The translations under genes were made by a program, and so were the position numbers. A DNA stretch of 64,000 bases from Macrostomum lignano (Eukaryota), in NCBI GenBank assembly GCA_002269645.1, contig NIVC01000052.1:248001-312000 (forward strand). The letters are read 5' to 3'. Shown here one piece after another: positions 32,663 through 62,729 of this stretch (position 1 is the first letter of the stretch; each line of letters begins with the position of its first letter). The notes below the pieces were generated by a model. That model saw only the letters and a list, made by a program, of their open reading frames with translations, was not told the DNA's origin and ran no database searches.

Positions 32663-33685
32663 ATGTCCGCAGCCGACAGCAAGAACACGGTCTTCTGCAC
32701 CCCGGGATTCGGAACTTTCGGCTCCGTGATCGACCTGGGCGTGGACCTGGCACCGGTGCGGGACCGGATCCAGGCCTGCAAGCTGCGCTACCACCGCGAG
32801 CTCTGGGAGATCATCTGCGACCGCGGAATTCAGGGAGGCGAAGGGGGCGGCGGCGAAGGTGGCGGAGGCGGCGAAGATGGCGGAGGCGAAGGTGGTGAGG
32901 GTGGCGGCGATGACGGCGGCGATGGCGGTGGCGAGAGCGGCGGCGAGGACGGTAACCAGAGCAACGCGCCCTCGCCTCCGCGACAGCGGCGGCAGCAGCA
33001 GCCACCGCAGAAGCCACCTCAACCACTCCGCCCAATCAGTCGCGGCCAAAATGCCTCAAACATGGCCTGGCCGGCCAAAAAGACTTTTCAAATGGGGAGC
33101 GGCGGCTTCCAGGCCACGACAGCTCCGCTACCGCCTCCGCATGCGCCGGCCGTCAGGTTCCAGCAGCCGACACTGCTGCCGCCGCTGCAAATGTCAACCA
33201 TGCAGCCTCCGCCGCCGCTGATGCAGCCGCGGCCTCCTCAACAGGCGCGGCCTCCGCAACAGGCGCAGGCGCCCCCAGACGGCAGGAACCAGCGAATTGC
33301 CTGCCTGATGCACGCGAAAGCCAAGCTGCCCCGGCCCTGCCCCAGCATCGCAGCCGGATACCTCAGCACCACCAGCCCCATCAGCAGTCCCAGCAGCCTG
33401 AGCAGCTGCAGCAAGACCAAAGTGAGCAGCTGCGCCGAGGCCAGCGTCTCACTTGTTGAGCACCGCAACAAGCTGGCACCGCCGCCGTCCACCATCACGG
33501 CTGACGACGTGTCTCCGGCTCTCAGCGACGACTTTGTGCCGCTCCGCTGCGGCGACTGGTCGCTGGGCGGCGGCGGCGGCAACTCGGCCAAACCCGGCTC
33601 GGGCAAGAAGAAGCCGGCCGCCGCCAGCAAGCAGCAGTCAAAGCAGAAAAAGCAACAGACGTCTTCCAGTGCTGCGCTTAAATAA
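32663..33685 (+). CDS. Intronless hypothetical protein, 340 aa, mostly low-complexity/disordered
   Basis: GC-rich ORF with codon style like the neighbouring genes, a good ATG context (GCCGCCATGT) and AT-rich flanks. No family recognised. Confidence 0.6.
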   Translation: MSAADSKNTVFCTPGFGTFGSVIDLGVDLAPVRDRIQACKLRYHRELWEIICDRGIQGGEGGGGEGGGGGEDGGGEGGEGGGDDGGDGGGESGGEDGNQSNAPSPPRQRRQQQPPQKPPQPLRPISRGQNASNMAWPAKKTFQMGSGGFQATTAPLPPPHAPAVRFQQPTLLPPLQMSTMQPPPPLMQPRPPQQARPPQQAQAPPDGRNQRIACLMHAKAKLPRPCPSIAAGYLSTTSPISSPSSLSSCSKTKVSSCAEASVSLVEHRNKLAPPPSTITADDVSPALSDDFVPLRCGDWSLGGGGGNSAKPGSGKKKPAAASKQQSKQKKQQTSSSAALK

Positions 33686-34104
33686 CAGCTCACTGCGCTA
33701 AATTTTAAGTTAATGAAGTTGATATTCGCCTCGTTATTAATAATTTTGCGCTGCAGACCTACTCAAACTCAGCCGTCGCACTCCTGTACTACCTGTACGT
33801 ACGCCACCTTAGCTGAAGTGGAGGGCCAGAAGGTCTCGCCAGGCCACAATGCCCTGTGTGTGTATTGATTTTTCAAAATGGTCCCACAATGTTGCACCAC
33901 AAGAACAATTGTAACCCGTATGCACTGCATATTTCCATATGATGCACTATTTTGTATACAAGCCATGAAGCCTACGGGTAGCTAAAAACGTCTTTTTGTT
34001 TTTTAATTCGATTTTTTAAATTTCATTCCATCCCGCAAGTTAAGCAAAGTCGGTTTTGGTTAGTCATCTTTAAGGTATCAAAACTGGTGATCAAGGCACT
34101 TAAT

Positions 34105-34516
34105 TGAGAATCGCCCATCACATACCTGAGAATCGGTCATCACATCACCTGAGAATCGCCCATCACATCACCTGAGAATCGGCCATCACATCACCTGAGA
34201 ATCGGACATCACATCACCTGAGAATCGCCCATCACATGCCTGAGAATCGCCCATCACATCACCTGAGAATCGGCCATCACATCACCTGAGAATCGGACAT
34301 CACATCACCTGAGAATCGGACATCACATCACCTGAGAATCGCCCATCACATGCCTGAGAATCGCCCATCACATCACCTGAGAATCGGCCATCACATCACC
34401 TGAGAATCGGCCATCACATCACCTGAGAATCGGCCATCACATACCTGAGAATCGCCCATCACATCACTTGAGAATCAGCCATCACATCACCTGAGAATCG
34501 CCCATCACATACCTGC
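34105..34516 (+). repeat. Second array of the GOT1-intron-3 minisatellite family (23-bp variant TGAGAATCG[G/C]CCATCACATCACC), ~18 copies
   Basis: Same core and orientation as 29556..31037. Confidence 0.93.
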
Positions 34517-35242
34517 GAAAATACAGAGACATGAGGGGATGACAAAAACCCGGGCAAGGGATCAACTTCCCTACAAAAGCGTCCCAATTGAACAGGGGGG
34601 GAGGCTTCCACTAATCACAGTTAATCCTCAAGGCAGCCAGCCAATGGGAGCGGGGTTGCAGCGCTGATCCCATCCGCCCGGGCCCCCTGCCAGCCGCAGC
34701 TACAAAGCGACCGCACGGAAGTGACCAGCAGCGGAGATCCCACTGGAAAGAAGCAGAGTTTTTGCAAAGCTTTATCGTTTTTTTTGACTGACAGGTCCGA
34801 AGGCCTGCTTGGAACTGAAACAAAAGCCAAGTGCTGTCGGGGTTGCGAGCCGCTTCTGGAAGCAACTGCAGACAAAACGAACGACTGCCGGTGCCTCAAT
34901 GGCTGCAGTAATAACAAAGCCGACTTGGCCACTGCCGCTACAGCGCGAGTAAGTTGCCGAACTGATGATGTGTGCTTTTGCACCCCTGGCTGGGATTATT
35001 TACGCAAGATTCTGGGGGTGCCGCCCCCCCCCCCAAGCCGGGCTGCGTAGAAATTGTCCCATGGAGTTATTGAATTGTGATTCTGCTGGAAGTCAATGGC
35101 TGATGGTCCCGGCTGGCGCGCTAATGCATCCGGGTTGGCACCCAGCTGTGAGGACCGCGGCGCGGCCGGTTCTGAGATGGAAAGGGGAGCTTCTTGTCTG
35201 GCCTGTCCTGCATTTGGACTGGAACATCTTGCGGGCGATTAG

Positions 35243-35677
<435 letters not shown>

Positions 35678-36949
35678 TGAAGTGAAATGTCACTCGGCAA
35701 TTAGTTAAATTACAGTTAAATTTATTCTCAGGAAGGCATGTCTTGGGAAAAAGAAAATGCAAATCAGCATATCAAATTCTGGAGTTCAATTTCACAGGAA
35801 AAAAATTAAAATTTCAATTCGCATAAAAGAGCCCCTGTGACCAGAGTGCTGTGTCCGTCCGCCCGCTCCAGCTCCAGTTCTAATCAATAATTTAGGCAAT
35901 TCCTTGACTTTCTCTGCTTCAATGAGTTCCCTGCTCGTAAACTGACCGAACTCAACGGAATCCCCCCCCAGCAGGCCAGCCGTGTTTCTGTTTACTCATC
36001 ACAGCTATTAAAGGAACAAGAAAGAAATTTGAGCGCTTCGGTGCTCAGCTTAAGCATTTCAGGTGCTCGTTCAGGTGCAAGGCAGATCAGCTTGATGATG
36101 AGCAATGCGCGGTGCAGATGAAGCTGGGCAGGGGATGCTGAGGAGAGCCTGACCCAGCTGTGAGTCCCATAGTTTTTGCTGAATCGTGGCAGCGACGAGA
36201 CAGACAGAGACAGGGGAGCGAGGCCAAGGATTTCTAGATGCAGCACCTGGATTGGAAAGCGAGGCTATAATCAAGGCTTGCTGAATTTCTTTCAATTGTT
36301 TTTCAATCTTCTTTCGGCAAGATCGTCCCAGAACCGGCGCTTTCGTTCGCTCACAAGCCTCAAATGAATTTGGGCATCCATCCCTGCCATCCAGTTTTGT
36401 TGCAAATCGCTTTTCAAACGCTTTAGCTTGCTCAGGCAGCTGGCTTCCTCTCCAGTCTCTGCATCACTGGGAGCTCCACGGCCGGGCCAGACTGGAGCCA
36501 CTGGGAGTGGCGGCGGCATGCGGGGTGGCGGGGGCTGCCCGCGGCTTGAAATTCAAGTGAATTTCTTAGCGTGAATCGGCGGTCGCGTCTCCTTCTGTCT
36601 GTCTGGCTGGCGCGGCAGCTGTTGAAGCCCTAGCTGGGGATGATGGGGGGGGGCTTTGAGCGCTTGGGAGGCTGGGGAGCGAAAGGAGATGCTTATCGCT
36701 GTGACCGCGAGGGGCTTCGCTACACTGCTAATTGAAGGCAGCTCTGCGCGGTGAGGCAGTCCGTCAGTTCCGCCCCTGTTAGCAGACCCCGGCGCCGCGG
36801 CTGGGTGGACAAGAACTTTGCGGTGTGAATTCTGCGTGTGGATGGGGTGAATTTATTTGGGAACAGCACTTGCGGCTTGAAATCTAGTCGAGGAGGGGGT
36901 GAAAATATTTCCAATCGAGACCGGAAATGGAGGGGACAATATCAATCGA

Positions 36950-37292
36950 AAGAGTGACAATATCGCTAGTGAGAGTGACAATATTGATAACGAGAGTGAC
37001 AATATTGATAACGAGAGTGACAATATCGATAGCGAGAGTGACAAGATCGCTAGCGAGAGTGACAATATCGATAACGAGAGTGAAAATATCGATAGCGAGA
37101 GTTACAATATCGCTAGTGAGAGTGACAATATCGATAGCGAGAGTGACAATATCGATAGCGAGAGTGACAATATCGATAGCGAGAGTGACAATATCGCTAG
37201 TGAGAGTGACAATATCGATAGCGAGAGTGACAATATCGCTAGTGAGAGTGACAATATCGATAGCGAGAGTGACATAATCGATAGCGAGAGTG
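36950..37292. repeat. 21-bp minisatellite (GAGAGTGACAATATCGATAGC), ~16 copies
   Basis: Period of 21; several frames open on both strands. Confidence 0.92.
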
Positions 37293-37424
37293 CCACCTGG
37301 ACTGACAGCAGAGAACCTGCATCAATTTGCAAGTTCATATTCCGCAGAAGCGGTGCATTCGCTTGAGCGACTGCTGCAGAAAGGCATTACTAATGCCATG
37401 CCCAGAGAAGCTCTTTAAAAACTA

Positions 37425-56657
<19,233 letters not shown>

Positions 56658-56884
56658 CCGCCCTGCCCTGCACTCTGAGCGCGCAGTTTACTTGTACAAA
56701 GTATACGTTTCGTTGTTTTAATGCTTTTCTGAATTGCGTAATTTGATTGGAGAATTCCAATTGGTTAATGACATGATAGCTTCTGATTGGCTGCATGGAC
56801 TGGGCACTCGAGATGTAGAGTAGCTTCTGATTGGCTGAATGGTCAGATCCGATATCGCTTTTGATTGGCTACTTTTCATTCTAC

Positions 56885-57307
56885 TATAGTATTTGTCATG
56901 CTATCTCAGCCTGGAGACATCCAAACTCAGCCAGCCCATCTCGACAGTGCGATTTTTTACGTAAGCCAGTCAAGTTTTACCATAGACATGCTTCTTAAGG
57001 CCATGCTATCTCGGCCTGGGACATGCAATCTCAGCGTTGTTGCGTACCCTTACTGACTTTTCTTGCTGCGTTCATTCATTGCTGTTTGTTGCCATTTCAT
57101 GTCACGTTATAGAAATGATCGCATTGAGATCTGTTTGCAATTGAAATCTATATTGGCTGAGATTGCATGTCCCAGGCTGAGATAGCATGGCCTTGGGAGG
57201 CATGTCTATGGTAAAAGTCGACTAGCTCGAGCCAAAAAAACGCATTGCGGAATGGGACTGGCTGAGTTTGGATGTCTCTAGGCTGAGATAGCATGACAAA
57301 TACTATA
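56885..57307. mobile_element. MITE/foldback element: ~150-bp inverted arms, 120-bp spacer, TA at both ends
   Basis: Left arm 56885..57035 (TATAGTATTTGTCATGCTATCTCAGCC..GCAATCTCAGC) is the reverse complement of 57156..57307, with some mismatches. Confidence 0.85.
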
Positions 57308-58214
57308 CTTCTAGTCTACTTTTAATACACTAATCAATCAATGCTTATTACAGTGTATATATGCCTTCCCTGCTTACCAAAATTTTATACCAAGTAACTG
57401 TAGTACTTACTGCATGCTACAACAGAAGAAAAATCAATTTGTCAAATAAAAAAATGGCGTTTCTAAAAGGGAGTCTGCTGTCTGACAAAGTCAACTGACA
57501 CTGACTGTCTAGTCTGTACTTGGGACCGCATAGCATTCAGGTGAATTCGATTGTATTCGCTCCGTTTATCCAACTACTAAAGCCAGACAAAAGGCAGGCA
57601 GAGAGAGATAAGCAGACGGCGATCCTCGCCATGACCTGGCCGAGTCTGGTTGCTGTCCCGGCCTTGCGCAATTTGACCGATTATCAGGAGCAGACTGTGT
57701 ATGACTAAACAGCTTCCAGCCCCCAATGTCCTGCCGGATATCTAGTGAACCATATCGCTGCAGGAACTGCATGGGAGCAACCACCACTTGAAACCGACGG
57801 AGGCACAGGCTTCATTAATGCTTGCTAAGTTTTATCCAGCCTCCCGTGTGCCTCCTCTCTGTCCAGTCTCCCACTCCATCAGGCGCACAAGTAAAATGAA
57901 TCTGTTTGACCGAAGAGACCCCTAGTGGACCGCCACGGTGCTTCGGTCACTCGCAAATTTCTCCTGCAAAACACCTACTAGCCTACTGTAAGTAATACGC
58001 ATACGAGTTGAAGAGTTTTTCGATCAAACCGATTGCAGTAGGTTTTATAAGAATAGCAAAATCAGGAATATGATTATCAAATATATTATTAGCAGTGAAA
58101 ATTGGTTGCAACAAACAAAGTCGTTTAGCGCAGACAAAAATATATTTTTCACACTGTCAAGTTGACTGCTGTCTGTGCTGATCTGATCTCGTGTGTTAAA
58201 ATTTGTTGGTGAAT

Positions 58215-58885
58215 CGTCACTGGGGAGTGTACACTGGGGATAGAAAAGCAAACCTCAACCTTGCAGCTCGCTAAACCAATCAGCGAGCAGAATGACCGTT
58301 CAAGTGTACACTGGGGATAGAGATGCAAATCTATCTAACCCTCGCTAAACCAATCAGCGAGCAGAATGACCGTTCAAGTGTACACTGGGGATAGAGATGC
58401 AAATCTATCTAACACTCGCTAAACCAATCAGCGAGCAGAATGACCGTCCAAGTGTACACTGAGGATAGGGATGCAAATCTATCTAACCCTCGCTAAACCA
58501 ATCAGCGAGCAAAATGACCGTCCAAGTGTACACTGAGGATAGAGATGCAAATCTATCTAACCCTCGCTAAACCAATCAGCGAGCAGAATGACCGTTCAAG
58601 TGTACACTGGGGATAGAGATGCAAATCTATCTAACACTCGCTAAACCAATCAGCGAGCAGAATGACCGTTCAAGTGTACACTGGGGATAGAGATGCAAAT
58701 CTATCTAACCCTCGCTAAACCAATCAGCGAGCAGAATGACCGTCCAAGTGTACACTGGGGATAGAGATGCAAATCTATCTAACCCTCGCTAAACCAATCA
58801 GCGAGCAGAATGACCGTCCAAGTGTACACTGAGGATAGGGATGCAAATCTATCTAACCCTCGCTAAACCAATCAGCGAGCAGAAT
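58215..58885. repeat. 74-bp tandem repeat, ~9 copies, each containing AACCAATCAGC
   Basis: Period of 74 (58343, 58417, 58491). Confidence 0.95.
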
Positions 58886-59188
58886 GGCATTAAGTGAGAA
58901 GCGCTCTTCTAAACCAGGTACCACTCAGAAAAGACACATTCCAGTGGCATGATTATCAACTCACGGACAAAAAGCGAAGAAGGAAACTCGGATCGTAAAC
59001 TTACATTACAGTTTAGAGTAAAAGCAGAATCATGAAAATATTCGGTAAAACAAATACAGCTAAGCTACCAGTAACGCGTATTTGTACCTAACTGATTGAA
59101 AAATAAAAAATCAGCTTAAAAAGTAAAGCACTGTTATTAATGACTGTCGTGTTGCCCTAGTTCGTTCTATCGAAAAGTTCAGGCTGGA

Positions 59189-60788
59189 TTATTCCTTCGG
59201 CTGGTTGATGCGGCCGGCAAACAGCACACTGTTCGTGGCCTCATCCTTGATCAGCACCAGGAATGGCTCGGTGACAAAGAACGGCATCATCATTGGCATG
59301 CTGAAGCAGGCGATGGCAACGGCGGTGGCCGCAGCGGCCTCGGCGCCCTCCTCGTTCACCTCCAGGCAGGCCTTGTGCACCACCTTGGACACGAACAGGT
59401 TCTCGGCGGTGCTGATACCGCTCAGGTCGGCGTGGCCGCGCTCGAACAGGCGCTTCACGCCCATGGCCGGCAGGTACTGGGGATCGCTCAGCGAGAACTG
59501 CGTCTCCACCTGCAGAGGCAAATTTTATTTTATTTGGTTATTCCTCTAGATCGATAAGTTTACGCATAAACTTTCCACTGAGCCAGTGGGTCAGGCTTGT
59601 TATTCTGGGTCAGGCTAGGGTCATTCATTAGGTATTTCTAGGTCAGACAAGGTCATTCTGGGGCAGGCTAGGGTCATTCTACATGTATTTCTAGGTCAGA
59701 CAAGGTCATTCTGGGTCAGGCTAGGGTCATTCTTCATGTATTTCTAGGTCAGATAAGGTCATTCTGGGTCAGGCTAGGGTCACTCTAGTTCAGGTTAAGC
59801 AGCACCGACAAAAGCAACCCACCTTGAACCTGGGCAGATGCAGGTCGACCTCCTGCTCAGTGGCGGAGCCAGCAAGAGCCAGGATGTCCTCCAGACTGCC
59901 AACAGCTTGGAGAGCGGCGGACAGACCGTGGCGCTCAAACGGCAGCACGATGAGCATGCTGCAGCTGCCGCCGGCGAACGGCAGCTGGACAATTCTCAGA
60001 CCGCGACCTTCGGCGTAGGGAAACTGCTGCGTCTGCTGCATCATCCGAATGGGAGACTGGCTGCCTGGCGCCGACTCGAATTGTCCGTCGTAGGTGCTCT
60101 CCGGGTTGAAGGTGTGCTTCCAGTCGCCCTTAAAATAGATGGCGTTCACCAGCACTAGGCGAGTGTTGGAGTCCAGGGAGCCTCTGTCGGGTACAATAGT
60201 TAATGCGAGCGCAGTTGTTAAGTGCATTTAGAGTACTAATAAGCTGACGAGGCAAATTTCGTCTATTACTCGAATACTTTATTATCCCTTTTTAACGCAA
60301 AATAAACGCACAAAACAATAGCACTTTTTCTGGCCTTACTGAGCGAGCAGCTCCCGGATCTTGCTGCTGGTCTGCTGCTCCACCCACTGGTTGATGGCCT
60401 CTCTAGCAGCTTCGCACTGCTGCTTGAAGTCCACACTGCCCAGCTCGGCTCCGTAGCTCTTGGCCAGGGTGCCGCTGAACTCCCCCTCGATGGCGAAGCT
60501 TCTCTCCGCGAACAGCCGATTGGCCACCGCCAGCTTCACGCCCTGACGTCCGCTGTTCAGCGCCGAGATCAGCCGGCCCATGTCCGAGTGCGGAGACTTC
60601 AGCTGGCTCAGATGCAGAGCCTGCGACAGCTCCGCCTCGGTCTCGGTCTTGGCTCCGGCCAGGGTCATGGCGAGGGCCACCTGCACAGAGGCTGGCGACA
60701 GAAACACATTCTCAGACTTGTGCTGCTCGATCACCTGGTTCAGCAGCGACCAGGCGAAGCGGACGGCGCTCTCAGTTAGGCTGGACAT
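59189..60788 (-). CDS. Intracellular serpin (clade B-like), complement(join(59189..59509,59823..60183,60340..60788)), 376 aa; predicted P1-P1' Phe-Ser
   Basis: Motifs NVFLSPASV, INQWVEQQT, LVLVNAIYFKGDWK, LHLPRFK, hinge NEEGAEAAAAT and PFLVLI..VLFAGRI. No signal peptide; exons in phase. Confidence 0.93.
59590..59790. repeat. 53-bp tandem repeat, ~3.5 copies, serpin intron 2
   Basis: Period of 53 (59641, 59694, 59747). Confidence 0.9.
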
Positions 60789-61897
60789 TCTCGGGATTGC
60801 TGCTGAGAAGAGGGACGCTCTGAGCTTTAAAAATGCGATTGTTTAAGCAGATGCAGATTTTTTAAGTGGAGAACCGCACCTACAGAGGGGCTACATATAT
60901 ATTGTTTTGCCTAATGCCTATAACCAGACCACGCATACGACACGACGCCAAGTCTGGCTTGGTCCAGTCCAGTCCAGATTAGATATGCCTCCGCCGCCGC
61001 CCATGCCTTAAAAAAACACAGTTATCCCTCCCTAGTCAAGTCAAGACAGTGCCAGGGCGAATGGAAAGAAAATAGGGGTTGGGGTTTCGGGTAGAAGGAA
61101 AGATAAGCGAGGCGCAAAGGCTTGGTTGGGTTGGCTGGGGTGGGGTGGGGCACACACGCCCGCCCCGTACACGGGAAATGTACATTGAGGCCGAATAGCC
61201 AACCCCCCACTATACGATTCCACTCCTCCACTTTGCTAACACTGGCTGGACAATTTTAATCTTAACCCTATACTACGGTTGGGCGGCCCGTTAGAAAAGC
61301 CAGCTGGGACAACAGCAAATGAAATGAATTGAATGCCAATTTAAAGTCGCGTCTATCTGTCTGCCAGTCAGGTGACCATGCGCCTGCCTGCTTTCAAGGG
61401 TCTCTTTCATCTTAAAAGAAGGCAATAAAATAAATTCTTACGAGTACGGAGTACCCATAATGACCAGTCATTTCATTTCACCCCGACCCCAGTGGAGATG
61501 ATTAATTGCTTAGTACTAACATTTATCTCAGTCTCTCCGAATTTCGAAACACCGTCAGAGAAAGTAATAAGTTAAAGTACTCGAACAGATTGAGCAAACA
61601 GAAGGCAGCTGATTCTGCCTAATCTCTGCTGCTATTCTTTGTCGCCACCTGTGTATTTAAACTGTAAAATACAGCAAAATATGAGACTATATATAATACG
61701 TTTCTTTATGCACCATTGTTTAAACGTTATGAATATGAATTACTAGCTCGTAGCTACTTCAGTATCTTATTCAGTTGTTTAGAAAACGGTATATTTAAAT
61801 TTTACGGTGTGAAGTCAACACCACACCGTCAGCTAATGAGCGATTGCCAAATCTCTAACGCTACAGTTTCAAATGGCAAAGTGTACTTAAGTTTAGC

Positions 61898-62227
61898 TTA
61901 TTCGCTTGGCTGAGTAATTCTACCAGCAAACAGCACACAGCCCGTGCTTCTGTCCAAGATCAACACCAAGAAAGGTTCATTAACATTGAAGGTCACGCTG
62001 TCATCCTCCAGTTTCGCGCAGTCTACAACACAAGTGGCGGTGGCTGCAGCAGCCTCGGCGCCCTCCTCGTTCACCTCCAGGCAGGCCTTGTGAACCACCT
62101 TGGACACGAACAGGTCCCTGGAAGACTTGCTGATACCGCTGAGGTCAGCGCAGCCCTCCGTGAACAGGCGCTTCACGCCCATGGCTGGCAAGTACTGGGG
62201 ATCGCTCAATGTAAACTGCGTTTCCAC
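61898..62227 (-). CDS. Terminal (reactive-loop) exon of a second serpin; upstream exons not in the window
   Basis: Same acceptor and phase as 59509 (tgcag|GTGGA.ACGCAG). Translates VETQF..VNEEGAEAAAATATCVVDCAKLEDD..PFLV..LFAGRITQPSE*. Confidence 0.88.
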   Translation of the reverse strand: METQFTLSDPQYLPAMGVKRLFTEGCADLSGISKSSRDLFVSKVVHKACLEVNEEGAEAAAATATCVVDCAKLEDDSVTFNVNEPFLVLILDRSTGCVLFAGRITQPSE

Positions 62228-62729
62228 CTGCAAAGGGAGGAAGGATTGGTTGCAGATGTGAGCTTGGCTTGGACTGGGCCAAATCTGGTTACGATGTGTC
62301 GGAATCGGTCATTAACGATCATACCGCTGGGTCATGAAGTAGGCTAAATGCATACTGAACTTTGGGTGAATTGGATTTGATCTATTCAGGGTACATTACA
62401 TCAATTTACGATGATAACAGCATTACGGATACTTGCTTATACAAGCTATTTTTTCGGTAAGTTCTGTACACTCACTAGCTAATAAAGGCACTATCAATTG
62501 TAGGTAGCTGTTATGTGATCCAATTACATGTATGTTGCGATAAAACCGTGGTTGTAACCATGCACGATGGGAGATGTAACTCGCTTCTTTATGAGTATTG
62601 GCATTTTATTTTACGTAGAAACTAGTAAATATTTGTAAGTAAGTATTAAAGCAGTAAAGAGTTCATTAAAACGTCACTATAGAAATTTAGTAAAGTAACT
62701 ATACAGCTTGCTGAAAAGCCTTTCACAAG

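Noticed and set aside
35990-36520. Degenerate retroelement gag/ORF1 fragments on the minus strand
   Set aside because: No recognisable RT, integrase, protease or zinc-knuckle motif.
36899-37366. SESDNID acidic repeat ORF resembling DSPP or biomineral proteins
   Set aside because: 21-bp array open in several frames on both strands, no signal peptide, same character as the other non-coding arrays.
59189-62227. Manduca-type single serpin gene with mutually exclusive reactive-loop exons
   Set aside because: The second loop exon lies upstream of exon 1 of the complete gene, so it must belong to another gene. Only cross-gene splicing remains possible.
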